From an uncultured Gemmatimonadales bacterium (GTDB lineage: Bacteria; Gemmatimonadota; Gemmatimonadetes; Longimicrobiales; Gaopeijiaceae): a stretch of 64,000 bases of DNA. Positions 30,198 to 41,525 of this stretch are shown here, in pieces (the stretch's first letter is position 1; each line of letters opens with the position of its first letter). The stretch is from positions 1,632,001 to 1,696,000 of the forward strand of contig CAWELD010000003.1 in assembly GCA_963809895.1 (NCBI GenBank), given 5' to 3'. A program made the position numbers and the translations under genes. The notes beneath the pieces are model-generated. The model was not told the DNA's origin. It worked only from the letters and a program-made list of their open reading frames with translations, and ran no database searches.

Positions 30198-32543
30198 TCA
30201 GGCCCCGGGTCCGCAGATCTGATCCAGCTCGCTCATCCCCACCAGCACCTCCCGCGGCTTGGAACCGTCGGGTGGGCTCAGGATGCCGGCGTCGTGGAGC
30301 TGGTCCACGATCCGCGCCGCCCGGCCGTAGCCGATCTTGAGGCGACGCTGGAGGAGTGAGGTGGAGCCCTGCTGCTGCGAGATGCAGACCTCGGCGGCGG
30401 CGCGGAAGAGCTCGTCCCAGTCACCGGCGATCTCCTCGACGATGGAGGAGGCCTCGTCCATCTCGTGGCTGCGGAGCTCCTCGAGGATGTCCAGCTCCTC
30501 GCTCTCCAGGGCCGCGCGGCCTTCCTCGGCCACCCGCTCCGCCACCTGGGCACGGTACCAGCCCAGCAGCGCGTCGGTGTCCTCGGTGGAGATGAAGGCA
30601 CCCTGGATGCGCACGGGCTCGCTCTGTCCCGGAGGCAGGAAGAGCATGTCCCCGTTCCCCAGGAGCGATTCGGCGCCGTTGGCATCCAGGATCGTGCGCG
30701 AGTCGGTCTTGGACGCCACCCGGAAGGCGATGCGCGTCGGGAAGTTGGCCTTGATCAGGCCGGTGATGACGTTCACCGAGGGCCGCTGCGTGGCCACGAT
30801 CAGGTGGATCCCGATGGCGCGCGCCTTCTGGGCGAGTTGGGCCAGCGGCTTCTCCACCTCGCTCTGCACCTGCATCATGAGGTCGGCCAGCTCGTCCACC
30901 ACCACGACGATGTAGGGCAGCGGACCGTCGTCGTAGATCCAGCGGTCCTCGTCGCCCTCCTCGCCCTCGGCCTCGACGCGCCGCAGGGTCACGCCCCTCT
31001 TGACGCGCTCGTTGAACTCGGCGATCGAGCGCACGCCGTTGGCGGACAGGAGCTGGTAGCGGCGCTCCATCTCCATGACCGCCCATTTGAGCACGCCGGC
31101 GGCGTCGGCCGGATCCGTGACCACCTGGTGCCGGAGATGGGGCAGGTCGGCGTAGGCCGACAGCTCCACCATCTTGGGATCGATCATGAGCAGCCGGAGC
31201 GTCTCCGGCGTGTGCCGGTAGACCAGGCTGGTGATGATCGTGTTCACGCACACCGACTTTCCCGAGCCGGTGGCGCCGGCGATGAGCACGTGGGGCATCT
31301 TGGCCAGGTCCGCCACGTAGGGGTGGCCCGTGAGGTCCTTGCCCAGGCCGATGGGCAGCTGGCCCCGCGCGTTGCGATACGGGCGCGCCTCCAGGATCTC
31401 CCGCAGGTAGACGGTCTCGGACTCGGGGTTGGGGATCTCCACGCCGACGGCGCCCTTGCCTGGAATCGGCGCCACGATGCGAATGCTCTGGGCCTTCATG
31501 GCCAGGGCCAGGTCGGCATCGAGGTTGGCGATCCGGTTCACCTTCACGCCCGGGGCCGGCACGACCTCGAACTGCGTGACCACGGGGCCCGTGGTGCGTC
31601 CGGCCAGCTCGCACTGGACGTTGAAGGTACGCAGCTTCTCCACCAGCACCTGCCCGAGCTCCTCGAGCTCCCGCTCCATGTGCGCCCGCTCCTCGCTGGC
31701 CTCCAGCGTGAGCAGATCCAGCGGCGGCAGCTCGCCACCGGCCAGGTCCCGGGGATCGGCGGGATCGGGCAGGTCGCCCTCGGCCGCCCGGCTCTTGCGA
31801 GGGGTCGGAGCCGGGGCGGGCTCGGGCGCCACGGGCGCCTCTTGCGATGCGTCCTCGTCCTCGCCGGACTCGGGACCGGTCCAGTGCTCCTCGGGGAGCA
31901 CGCCCACGGACTGCGGCTCGGGCGCGGGCCGCTCGGCGTACCAGCTACGGACGCGTCCGAACCCCGAGCCCAGCGCCGCGAGCCCACGACTCAACAGGCT
32001 TCCACCGTGAGAGGCGCCCGCCACGGCGGTGCGCAGGGGATTCCACCCCAGGGTCACCACCAGGAGCGCCACCAGCAGCACCAGCGTCAGGAACAGGCCC
32101 CCGAGCCAGCCCAGCCCCTGCCGCAGCGGCTCTCCGAGGAACCGTCCCAGTCCGCCGGCCAGACCGGCCGTGGGCGCCGCCAGGTGCACGCCCACCGGCA
32201 CGATCACCAGCAGGCCCGTGGCGAGCACGGCGAGGCGCGTGGTCCAGTCCTGCGAGAGCCAATCCCCGGAACGGAGGCCGGCCAGGCCGACGAGGATCGG
32301 GATCAGCGGCGCCCCGACCCCCACCCAGGCCCACAGGTACGCCTGCACGATGCCCCCCAGCACGCCCATGACGTTGCCGGACGGGAACCACGAGGCGATG
32401 CGTGCGGGAAGCCAGGCGACCGGAACCAGGGACACCAGCAGGAAGACCGCCAGTGCCAGGAGCGCCACCGCCAGCAGGTCGCGCTGCTGCTCCGGACTCA
32501 GCAGTCCGCTCGACCGTTTCTTGCGGGACTTCTTACGAGGCAT
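30198..32543 (-). CDS. ftsK: DNA translocase FtsK/SpoIIIE
   Basis: 4TM N-terminus, PHVLIAGATGSGKSV, DELADLMM, ATQRPSV and gamma domain LQRRLKIGYGRAARIVD. Confidence 0.98.
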   Translation of the reverse strand: MPRKKSRKKRSSGLLSPEQQRDLLAVALLALAVFLLVSLVPVAWLPARIASWFPSGNVMGVLGGIVQAYLWAWVGVGAPLIPILVGLAGLRSGDWLSQDWTTRLAVLATGLLVIVPVGVHLAAPTAGLAGGLGRFLGEPLRQGLGWLGGLFLTLVLLVALLVVTLGWNPLRTAVAGASHGGSLLSRGLAALGSGFGRVRSWYAERPAPEPQSVGVLPEEHWTGPESGEDEDASQEAPVAPEPAPAPTPRKSRAAEGDLPDPADPRDLAGGELPPLDLLTLEASEERAHMERELEELGQVLVEKLRTFNVQCELAGRTTGPVVTQFEVVPAPGVKVNRIANLDADLALAMKAQSIRIVAPIPGKGAVGVEIPNPESETVYLREILEARPYRNARGQLPIGLGKDLTGHPYVADLAKMPHVLIAGATGSGKSVCVNTIITSLVYRHTPETLRLLMIDPKMVELSAYADLPHLRHQVVTDPADAAGVLKWAVMEMERRYQLLSANGVRSIAEFNERVKRGVTLRRVEAEGEEGDEDRWIYDDGPLPYIVVVVDELADLMMQVQSEVEKPLAQLAQKARAIGIHLIVATQRPSVNVITGLIKANFPTRIAFRVASKTDSRTILDANGAESLLGNGDMLFLPPGQSEPVRIQGAFISTEDTDALLGWYRAQVAERVAEEGRAALESEELDILEELRSHEMDEASSIVEEIAGDWDELFRAAAEVCISQQQGSTSLLQRRLKIGYGRAARIVDQLHDAGILSPPDGSKPREVLVGMSELDQICGPGA

Positions 32544-33254
32544 CCGACGATCGGATCATGCGGTCGTCCATCTCCGGCACCACACGATACCGGTCCAGAG
32601 CCGCGCACCACTCCAGGTCGTCGGCCAGACCCGCATCGGCCAGCGCGCGGCCGGCTTCTGTGCCAGCCAGGAAGTCGCCGTCGACCTCGACCAGGTCGCA
32701 CAGGAGCCGCGCGGCCCGAGCTCCGTCGTCGAGATCCAGGGCCTCGCCCCGGGCGGCCTCGATGCGGCGGGCGAGAATGCCCGCGCACACGGCGTCCTCC
32801 AGGGCGAAGCGCCCTTCCCTTCCCGCGCACAGCAGCGTGAGCCGCTCCTCGCCCGCCACCGCATCGGCGACGGCGGCCAGGTTCAGGAAGGCCGCCGCCA
32901 CGACCCGGGGCGCGTCCACCGCCGCGAGGAAGGCCTGCGTCCCGTTGGTGGTGTTCATGACGAGCCGCTTGCCCTTCACCGCTTCGGCAGTGAACTCCGC
33001 GGGCGAGTTGCCCAGGTCGTAGCCTTCGATCTTGAGGCCGCGACGCTCGCCGCACAGCAGCAGCTCGTCGCGTCCCACCGACTGCACGAGGCGCATGGCC
33101 TCTTCGGTGGAGCCGGTGGGATAGATGGCCCGCGCACCGTTGGCCAGGGCCTCCACCATGGTGCTGGTGGCCCGCAGCACGTCGATGACGACGACCGTCG
33201 ACGCCGACAGATCGCCCAGGGCGGCTTCGGGAACGCTGAAACGGACGTCGATCC

Positions 33255-33258
<4 letters not shown>
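32533..33258 (-). CDS. comB: 2-phosphosulfolactate phosphatase (ComB) family acid phosphatase
   Basis: [30 protein letters not shown]. Confidence 0.92.
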
Positions 33259-34616
<1,358 letters not shown>

Positions 34617-34748
34617 GGTCGCCTCTCTCCTCGTGAGAGCGCGCCCGACACCCTGGCGGGGGTCGAGCGCGGGCTCTGAACTGCAGCTCGGGATGTCATG
34701 GGGTCGGAGGGCCCGCCCGGGAGGCGACCTCCGCCCTCGAGGGGCCCG

Positions 34749-35240
34749 TCAGGAGGGCTCGATACGGAACAACACCTGACCGAACTCCACCGGCTCCGCG
34801 TTGTCCACGCAGATCTCGGCGACGGTGCCCGCCACCTCGGCCTCGAGCTCGTTCATGAGCTTCATGGCCTCGATGATACACAGTGTGTCGCCCTTACCCA
34901 CCTTCTGACCCACGTCGACGTAGGACGGCGCGTCCGGGGCCGGGGCCCGGTAGAAGGTCCCCACCATGGGTGAGGCCACGTCCACCAGCGACGACGAAGC
35001 CTCCGCCTCGGCAGCGGCCTCGGCCTCCGCGGAGGCACCTTCCGCCTTCACGTCCGCCGCGGGTGCGCCCGGGGCAGCCGTCGGAGCCGGCGCGGCCACG
35101 GCGGGAGCGTGGGAGACCGTGGTCTGCGGAGGCGTCTTCGCCAGTCGCACTCGCGTGCCCCCTCGCTCGATCTCGATGGAGTCGAGGCTGCTCTCGTCGA
35201 TGGCCTTGATCAGGCGCTCGAGAAACTCGAGGTCGATCAT
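34749..35240 (-). CDS. accB: Acetyl-CoA carboxylase biotin carboxyl carrier protein
   Basis: Ala/Pro linker, SPMVGTFY and the EAMKLMNE biotinylation motif. Confidence 0.98.
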   Translation of the reverse strand: MIDLEFLERLIKAIDESSLDSIEIERGGTRVRLAKTPPQTTVSHAPAVAAPAPTAAPGAPAADVKAEGASAEAEAAAEAEASSSLVDVASPMVGTFYRAPAPDAPSYVDVGQKVGKGDTLCIIEAMKLMNELEAEVAGTVAEICVDNAEPVEFGQVLFRIEPS

Positions 35241-35803
35241 GCGGTCACCCGCGTCAGGTACTTGTCCTCGGTGCGGTCTACCTTGATCACGTCACCTCGC
35301 TCGATGAAGAGGGGAACCTGGACCACGGCACCGGTCTCCAGCTTGGCCGGCTTGGTGCCGCCCTGGGCGGTATCACCCCGCACCCCTGGATCGGTCTCCA
35401 CCACCTCGAGCTCGACGAACTGGGGTAGATCCACCGAGATGACCTTCCCGTCGTGCGAGAGGCCCTCACACTCCATGTTCTCCTTCAGGTAGTGGAGTTG
35501 CTCCTCACCGATGACGTCCCCCGCCAGGGGGATCATCTCGAAGGTGTTCGCGTCCATGAAGTAGTAGAGCTGCCCGTCGGTGTAGCTGTAGTTCACCGGC
35601 CGTCGCTCGAGGCGGACGTCGGTGACCTTCTCACCGGAGCGGTAGGTGCGGTCGACGACGGCACCGGTCAGAACGTTCTTCAGCTTCGTGCGTACGAAGG
35701 CGCCGCCCTTTCCGGGCTTCACGTGCTGGAAATAGGTGATGGTCCACAGATCGCCATCGATATCGAGGACCATGCCGTTGCGGAAGTCGGCCGTGCTCGC
35801 CAT
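35237..35803 (-). CDS. efp: Elongation factor P
   Basis: [27 protein letters not shown]...VPLFI. Confidence 0.98.
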   Translation of the reverse strand: MASTADFRNGMVLDIDGDLWTITYFQHVKPGKGGAFVRTKLKNVLTGAVVDRTYRSGEKVTDVRLERRPVNYSYTDGQLYYFMDANTFEMIPLAGDVIGEEQLHYLKENMECEGLSHDGKVISVDLPQFVELEVVETDPGVRGDTAQGGTKPAKLETGAVVQVPLFIERGDVIKVDRTEDKYLTRVTA

Positions 35804-35816
35804 AGGGAAGGTCTTG

Positions 35817-36263
35817 TCAGTCTCGTTTCGCAGTCTCGATGTGGGCTACCAGGCCCCGGAGCCCCAGAAGATAGCTGTCAGGCCCGAATCCATAAACCAC
35901 ACCCAGGGCGAGAGGCGCCAGAAAGGAGCGGTGACGGAAGGGCTCCCGGGCGGCGGTATTGGACAGGTGGACCTCCACGAAGGGCCGCTCCACGGCCGCA
36001 AGCGCATCACGGAGCGCCACCGAGGTGTGCGTGAGTGCCGCCGGATTCACCAGAAACCCGTCCACTCGCCCCGCGGCGTCTTCCACGAAGTCGAGGATCT
36101 CTCCCTCGTGGTTCGACTGGAACACCTCCAACTCCGCCCCCAGGGTCGCCGCCGCCTCCCGTAGCGCGCCGTCGATCTCGGCCAGCGTGGTCGTGCCGTA
36201 GACCTGGGGCTCACGCCGTCCCAGGAGGCGCAGATTGGGGCCGTGGATGACGGCGATCCTCAC
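35817..36263 (-). CDS. aroQ: Type II 3-dehydroquinate dehydratase
   Basis: GPNLRLLGRREP, QSNHEG, THTSVALRDA, EVHLSN...REPFRH. Confidence 0.97.
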   Translation of the reverse strand: MRIAVIHGPNLRLLGRREPQVYGTTTLAEIDGALREAAATLGAELEVFQSNHEGEILDFVEDAAGRVDGFLVNPAALTHTSVALRDALAAVERPFVEVHLSNTAAREPFRHRSFLAPLALGVVYGFGPDSYLLGLRGLVAHIETAKRD

Positions 36264-37411
36264 GCGTCTTCCCTCCCGTGCCCGTCACCGTCTCCGGACC
36301 TCCTCCAGGACAGCAGTCCCTGGAGATAGTCCTCGGCCGACGCCTCCGCGGCGGCGGCGGGGTGGTCCTCTGGCGGCGGCGCCGCCGATCGCGCCTTCGC
36401 CGGCTCCTCGGACGTCGCTCCTCCCTCACTCCCGATCCGGACCAGGAGCTCCTCCAGGTGGCGCTGGAGCTCCGTGTCGCCGGGACGGCGTTGCAAGAGG
36501 TGGCGATAGACCTCCAACGCCCGATCGTGGAAGCCCTGACGTTCCAGGAGCTCGGCCATGGTCCGGGTGAAGTGCACGTCTCCGGTGTCCTCGGCCCCGG
36601 CGGCCCCGGTGTCGGTCGCAACCGCGGCGGCGGCGTCCGGGTCGTGCGCGTGCTCGTGGGGAGCGAGCTCGTCGGGGGCCAGCTCCCGGATGTCCACCAC
36701 GTCCGCGTCGTGCCCGTCGTCCGGGACGCCCGCGTCGGCCCCGACCGTCTCGGCCGGAAGCCCCTCGTGGTCGACGAGCGCCCCGGCGTCGGTCGAGCGC
36801 GCCAGAGCCCCCTCGGGCGCCAACGCCGAGATCTCAACGATCACTCCCCGTCCGTCCGGATCCCCCAGCACCCCGTCCACCGGGTCCGGAGCCAACGCCC
36901 GGATGTCAACCACGTCGGATTCCGCGACCGCCATCATGGCTTCGTCGGTCTCCGGACTCGGCGGCGGGAACGAGGGCAGCTCGATCCCGCCGGCGTCGTC
37001 GTCCTCCGCCGGTGGACCCCTGCCCTCTTCCCATTCCAGGAGGGGATCCAGCTCCACGGCGCGCAGGACCAGCTCCCGACCCGCGGGCACGCTGCCCGCC
37101 CGGGCGAGCATCTGCCCGAGCCCGTGCAGGGCCCGCGCATTCTCCGGGTCCAGCTCCAGGACGCGCCGGTAGGCGGCCTCGGCCGCCGCCAGATCACCGC
37201 GATCGCGGTGGAGCCAGGCCGAGACGACGTGTCCCGAGGTGAACTCGGGGAGGCGGTCGAGTCCGTCGCGCAGCAGCTCCAGGGCTTCGCTCAACTCACC
37301 GGCGCGCCGGCAGGCGTCGGCGAGGGGGACGAAGGCACGGCCGTCCGGGTCCCTCTCCGACCAGAAAAGGGACCTGAGCTCTCTGATCTCCTGCTCCAGC
37401 CCTGGGGTCAC
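36260..37411 (-). CDS. Tetratricopeptide repeat protein with acidic linker
   Basis: N-terminal TPRs (AFVPLADA...AEAAYRRVLELDPEN), acidic middle, C-terminal TRTMAELLERQG...ALEVY TPR. Confidence 0.8.
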   Translation of the reverse strand: MTPGLEQEIRELRSLFWSERDPDGRAFVPLADACRRAGELSEALELLRDGLDRLPEFTSGHVVSAWLHRDRGDLAAAEAAYRRVLELDPENARALHGLGQMLARAGSVPAGRELVLRAVELDPLLEWEEGRGPPAEDDDAGGIELPSFPPPSPETDEAMMAVAESDVVDIRALAPDPVDGVLGDPDGRGVIVEISALAPEGALARSTDAGALVDHEGLPAETVGADAGVPDDGHDADVVDIRELAPDELAPHEHAHDPDAAAAVATDTGAAGAEDTGDVHFTRTMAELLERQGFHDRALEVYRHLLQRRPGDTELQRHLEELLVRIGSEGGATSEEPAKARSAAPPPEDHPAAAAEASAEDYLQGLLSWRRSGDGDGHGREDA

Positions 37412-37479
37412 CGGTCTCGTCCAGCCTCGAGAAGCGTCCGTGGTGCGCCGCCGAATGCGTGATACGGCGCGGAACGGCC

Positions 37480-37509
37480 AAGATACGCGGCCGTCGGAAA
37501 GAGTGTCAA
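37480..37509 (-). promoter_or_regulatory. Candidate sigma70 promoter for TPR-aroQ-efp-accB
   Basis: Minus strand reads TTGACA-18 nt-TATCTT in the divergent gap. Confidence 0.65.
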
Positions 37510-37581
37510 CGCGGAACCCGGACCCCGGGCAGTGGCGTAACAGGCTGTACTCGAACCGGGTAGGGGAGCGCTCTGGTCGGG

Positions 37582-37610
37582 TTGAGCCCCCCGCGGGCCG
37601 GGTTTAGCTT
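37582..37610 (+). promoter_or_regulatory. Candidate sigma70 promoter for ppiD
   Basis: Plus strand reads TTGAGC-17 nt-TAGCTT. Confidence 0.5.
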
Positions 37611-37701
37611 TCGAGATTGCCGTTCCGCCGGGAACGGCCCCGGTACCCCCGGGCCCGAGTCGTGAGTTCAGGATCGAGCAGGCCGAGGAGCCGCCACGCC
37701 T

Positions 37702-39543
37702 ATGATGCGTCAGATGCGGGAGAACACGAAGTGGATCATGCTGGCGACGGCGCTGGCCTTCGTGGGTCTCATGGTATTCCAGTGGGGCATGGACATCACC
37801 GGGCGCAGCGCGGGAGGTGTCGGCGAGATCGGCCAGGTCAACGGAGAACCCGTTCTGCTGGACGACTACCAGGCCGCGCTCCGGAACCTCACGGACCAGG
37901 CGCAGAACTCCCAGCAGGAGCCCCTCACCTCCCAGCAGCTCAGCGAACTCGAGGATCAGGCCTGGGACCAGACGGTCAACCAGATCCTGATTCGGCAGGA
38001 GCTCGACCGCCGCGGCATCCAGGTGACCGACGACGAGATCCGCCAGGCGGCTCGCTACAGCCCACCGCCGGCGCTGGCGCAGAACGCCGCCTTCATGACC
38101 GCCGGACAGTTCGACTTCCAGAAGTACCAGACCTTCCTGGCCCAGCAGGCCGACGATCAGTTCCTTCTGAGCCTCGAAGCCTACTACCGGGACATCATCC
38201 CCCGGAGCAAGCTTCTGCGTCAGGTCTCGTCGGGGATCTATCTCACGGACCAACTCCTCTGGCAGCGCTGGACCGACCAGAACGAGACCGTGGAGATCCG
38301 CTACATCCCCTTGAATCCCAGCCAGCGGATCCCCGACGACAGCATCCAGATCAGCGACAGCGAGATCCAGGCGTACTACGACGAGCACCAGGACGACTTC
38401 GAGCAGCCCGCTCGCGCGCAGGTGAAGGTCGCGGTCATCAGCAAGATCCCCACGGCGGCGGATTCCGCCGCCTCGCTGGAGCACGCCGACGAGCTCGCCG
38501 CAGAGCTCCAGGACGGAGCCGACTTCGCCGACGTCGCCGAGCGCGAGACCGGGAACCGGCAAAGCGCCGATCTGGGTGTGCTCACCAAGGGCCAGACCGG
38601 CGTGCCGGTCTTCGATTCCGTGCTGTTCGCCGCTCCGGTGGGGCGTGTGGTCGGTCCGGTGCGGTCTCCGGTGGGATACCACATTCTCCGGGTGGACGAG
38701 CGCTGGGGGCAGGACAGCGCCAGCGCACACCACGTGTTGGTCCCCATCGAGCGGACCGATTCATCCGAGCTTGCCCTCCTCACCATGGCGGATTCCCTGG
38801 AAGAGCTGGGAACCGCCATGACGCTCGAGGAAGCCGCCTCGCAGCTGGGCCTCGAGGTGCAGGACGCCAACCTCACGGCGAGCTTTCCGGTGGTGTCCGG
38901 GGCCGGCCAGATCGGCGAAGGCGCCGACTGGGCTCTGGAGGAGGCCGCTCCCGGCGACGTGAGCCCGGTCTTCGAGAACTCGCAGGCCTTCTATTCGGTG
39001 GAGCTCGTGTCCCGCACGCCCGGCGGCGTGTTGCCGCTGGAGAACGCCCGCGCGTCGATCCGGCAGATCCTGGGCTTCCAGAAGAAGCTGGCCAGGGTCG
39101 AGACCGAGGGTGAGGCTCTGGTGCAGAAGATCCGCTCCGGTGCCGGACTCCCCAATACGGCCGCCGAGGCCGGACTCGAGGTGCGGAGCGCCGGGCCCTT
39201 CGCCCGCAACGACTTCGTCGCCGGGATCGGACGCTACAACGCGGCCGTCGGCGCGGCGTTCGGGCTACAACAGCCCGGAGAGGTCTCCGACGTGGTGACC
39301 ACGCCGGACAATGCCTTCATCATCGAGCTGGTGGCGCGCAATCCCGCCGACAGCGCGCAGTGGCTCGAGCAGAAGGACGCGCAGCGGACCCAGGTGCAGA
39401 ACCTTCTCCAGCAGCAGTATCTGCAGGAATGGCTGGAGAGCCTGAGGAACTCGGCCACGGTGGTGGACCGCCGCGACGAGGTCCTGCGTCCGGCCGACGA
39501 GTCCCAGCCGCTCCAGCAGCCCACGGGCCGCTTCGGGCGCTGA
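37702..39543 (+). CDS. ppiD: PpiD/SurA-like membrane-anchored periplasmic chaperone (parvulin domains)
   Basis: MRQMRENTKW + TM anchor, IGQVNGE SurA-N domain, GADFADVA...GYHILRV rotamase domain. Confidence 0.88.
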   Translation: MMRQMRENTKWIMLATALAFVGLMVFQWGMDITGRSAGGVGEIGQVNGEPVLLDDYQAALRNLTDQAQNSQQEPLTSQQLSELEDQAWDQTVNQILIRQELDRRGIQVTDDEIRQAARYSPPPALAQNAAFMTAGQFDFQKYQTFLAQQADDQFLLSLEAYYRDIIPRSKLLRQVSSGIYLTDQLLWQRWTDQNETVEIRYIPLNPSQRIPDDSIQISDSEIQAYYDEHQDDFEQPARAQVKVAVISKIPTAADSAASLEHADELAAELQDGADFADVAERETGNRQSADLGVLTKGQTGVPVFDSVLFAAPVGRVVGPVRSPVGYHILRVDERWGQDSASAHHVLVPIERTDSSELALLTMADSLEELGTAMTLEEAASQLGLEVQDANLTASFPVVSGAGQIGEGADWALEEAAPGDVSPVFENSQAFYSVELVSRTPGGVLPLENARASIRQILGFQKKLARVETEGEALVQKIRSGAGLPNTAAEAGLEVRSAGPFARNDFVAGIGRYNAAVGAAFGLQQPGEVSDVVTTPDNAFIIELVARNPADSAQWLEQKDAQRTQVQNLLQQQYLQEWLESLRNSATVVDRRDEVLRPADESQPLQQPTGRFGR

Positions 39544-39570
39544 CCCGTCGGCTCGACCAGGACAACGACC

Positions 39571-39611
39571 GAAGAGGGCGTCCGCCGAAACCCACGGCGG
39601 ACGCCCTCTTC
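39571..39611. terminator. Perfect 17-bp inverted repeat, probable (bidirectional) terminator
   Basis: GAAGAGGGCGTCCGCCG-aaaccca-CGGCGGACGCCCTCTTC between convergent ppiD and tatA. Confidence 0.75.
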
Positions 39612-39630
39612 GCGTTATCCACGCTCCGAA

Positions 39631-39723
39631 ACCCCATTCCAGAGAAGGCTGGAGCTTGCACCTCCCCCGGGAGCGGTGGGATTCACCGCTCCGGGAGAGT
39701 CCCCTACGATGTCAGGGAGTGGT
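39631..39723. ncRNA. Candidate structured RNA of unknown family
   Basis: Nested pairings: GGAGCGGTG/CACCGCTCC extended by CCC/GGG, TCCAG/CTGGA, and outer CCATTCC/GGAGTGG. No family recognised. Confidence 0.25.
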
Positions 39724-39725
39724 GC

Positions 39726-40034
39726 TCAGGGCTGGCCGGAAAGCCGTCGTGGCTCCCCGTCGCCCCCTTCACTTCCTCCCGACTGCTCAGCGGGATCCTG
39801 CTGTCCCTGGCGATGCTGGCCAACCACGCCCGGATCCCGCCGCCCTTCATCGAGCCGGCGCCGGTCCTCGGGTGCGTTGATCTCGTTCTCGATCTCCCTG
39901 ATGGAGCTCTTGAACTCCCGGATGCCCTTTCCGAGCGACGATCCGATCTCCGGCAGGCGCTTCGCGCCGAACAGGAGCAGTACCACGAGGAAGATCAGGA
40001 GGATCTCCCAGACTCCCAGGCCACCAAAGCCCAT
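39726..40034 (-). CDS. tatA: Twin-arginine translocase TatA/E
   Basis: GVWEILLIFLVVLLLFGAKRLPEIGSSLGKGIREFK. Confidence 0.96.
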   Translation of the reverse strand: MGFGGLGVWEILLIFLVVLLLFGAKRLPEIGSSLGKGIREFKSSIREIENEINAPEDRRRLDEGRRDPGVVGQHRQGQQDPAEQSGGSEGGDGEPRRLSGQP

Positions 40035-40134
40035 TTCTCTACTCTCCTCGCCCCGCCGGAGTACGCCACCCTGGCGTGCCTCTCCGGCGCGAGCCGTCAG
40101 ACGGGTCCACGAGGGATCCCGTGCGCTACAAAAG

Positions 40135-40413
40135 TCAGATCCAGGATCGGGCCACGAAGGCCACGACGAAGACCCCGAGTAAGGTCAGTACATTCAGATA
40201 CACCGAAACCGGCCCGAGGGTGAACGACACCGCCACGAGGTCCATGGCGAACGGACCCGCCGAGGCCGACACGGAGGTCGTCAGGAAGGTCCGGGCTGCG
40301 CTGTCCGGCAGGAACATCTCGGACAGCCGGGTGAGCAACCCACCGAGAAAGAACCCCAGGATCAGGGTCCAGATCAAGCGGGTGACACTCAGTCGGCGAT
40401 TCTCGGCCAGCAT
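40135..40413 (-). CDS. Small membrane protein, DUF4321-like
   Basis: Two hydrophobic helices flanking FLTTSVS...DLVAVSFTLG...LNVLTLLG. Confidence 0.7.
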   Translation of the reverse strand: MLAENRRLSVTRLIWTLILGFFLGGLLTRLSEMFLPDSAARTFLTTSVSASAGPFAMDLVAVSFTLGPVSVYLNVLTLLGVFVVAFVARSWI

Positions 40414-40451
40414 TTCAGAGGCTCCACGTCTCGGTTCCAGTCACGGGAGCC

Positions 40452-41459
40452 TCACCGGCTCCGCCGGGTGGCGTAGGCCACCGCGGCTTGCAGGGCATCC
40501 CTTGCCGGACCCGTGTCCAGCGCGTCGAGGGCGGCCTCGGCCTTGTCCGCGTATTCCTGCGCACGCGCTCGCGCGTAGTCGAGCCCACCGCATTCCCCGA
40601 CCAGCTCCACGACCCGGGCGATCTCCTCGTCACCGGGTTCCACGAGCGTGAAGAAGCTGCGGATCTCGTCCAACTCCGCCGCCGACGCGCGTGCCATGGC
40701 CCCCACGAGCGGGAGCGTCACCTTCCGTTCCCGCAGGTCGTGCCCGGACGGCTTCCCCGTGACCTCTTCCGACCCCGTGTAGTCCAGGAGGTCGTCGGCA
40801 ATCTGGAACGCCATCCCCAGATTGTGGCCGAAGCGTGACAGCGGCTCCCGGACGCTGGTGTCACCCACCAGGGCCCCGAGCTCGCACGCCGCGCTCATGA
40901 GCGAGGCGGTCTTGGCCGCGATCAGGCGGTAGTAGTCGTCTTCGGAGAAGTCCAGCGCATCATAGGACGTGAGCTGCCGCATCTCCCCCACGCTCATCTC
41001 GTTCGCCGCCCTGGCCATGACCTGAACCGCGTCCAGGATTCCCACGCGGGCGAGCTCGGTCACCGCACGGGAATACAGGTAGTCCCCCATGATGATGGCG
41101 ACCTGGTGCGTCCACAGCGCGTTTACGGTGGGCTGTCCCCTGCGGAGAACCGAGTGATCCACGGCGTCGTCGTGCACCAACGTCGCCAGATGAACCAACT
41201 CCACCACGGCCGCGAGGGTGACCGCGCGGTCGTCGGCGTGATCGCCCACGCGATTGGCCAGCAGCAGGAGCGTCGGCCGGAAGAGCTTTCCGCGCACCAG
41301 AAGGAGGTAGTCGTTCACCTCGTCGATGCGCCCGAAATCCGACTCGACGATACGCCGGATCTCACCGATGACCCGGTCGAGATCCTCCGCGACGGGATCC
41401 TGGATCGCCTCCAGTGGTGGGGGCGCGTGTCCGAGCGCGGGGCTCGCCACCGGATCCAT
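40452..41459 (-). CDS. Polyprenyl diphosphate synthase (IspB/HepT-like)
   Basis: GKLFRP, LVHDDAVD...RRG, KTASL, AFQIADDLLD, TLP. Start ATG 41459 (alternative 41492). Confidence 0.93.
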   Translation of the reverse strand: MDPVASPALGHAPPPLEAIQDPVAEDLDRVIGEIRRIVESDFGRIDEVNDYLLLVRGKLFRPTLLLLANRVGDHADDRAVTLAAVVELVHLATLVHDDAVDHSVLRRGQPTVNALWTHQVAIIMGDYLYSRAVTELARVGILDAVQVMARAANEMSVGEMRQLTSYDALDFSEDDYYRLIAAKTASLMSAACELGALVGDTSVREPLSRFGHNLGMAFQIADDLLDYTGSEEVTGKPSGHDLRERKVTLPLVGAMARASAAELDEIRSFFTLVEPGDEEIARVVELVGECGGLDYARARAQEYADKAEAALDALDTGPARDALQAAVAYATRRSR

Positions 41460-41525
41460 GGAGTCAGGCCCCTCCACTAGCAGGTGCCGCATGAGGATGA
41501 GAGCGCCGAGGCGTAACGACCCGCA

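Noticed and set aside
34617..34748. 132-bp accB-accC gap with an imperfect GC hairpin and a 61-aa ORF
   Set aside because: The pairing is irregular and expected at this GC content, and the ORF has no coding signal.
39612..39725. Assignment of the structured element as tRNA, SAM, FMN or cobalamin riboswitch, SRP or 6S RNA
   Set aside because: Only fragmentary resemblance. It lacks a cloverleaf, CCA end and conserved cores, and lies at the 3' ends of convergent genes.
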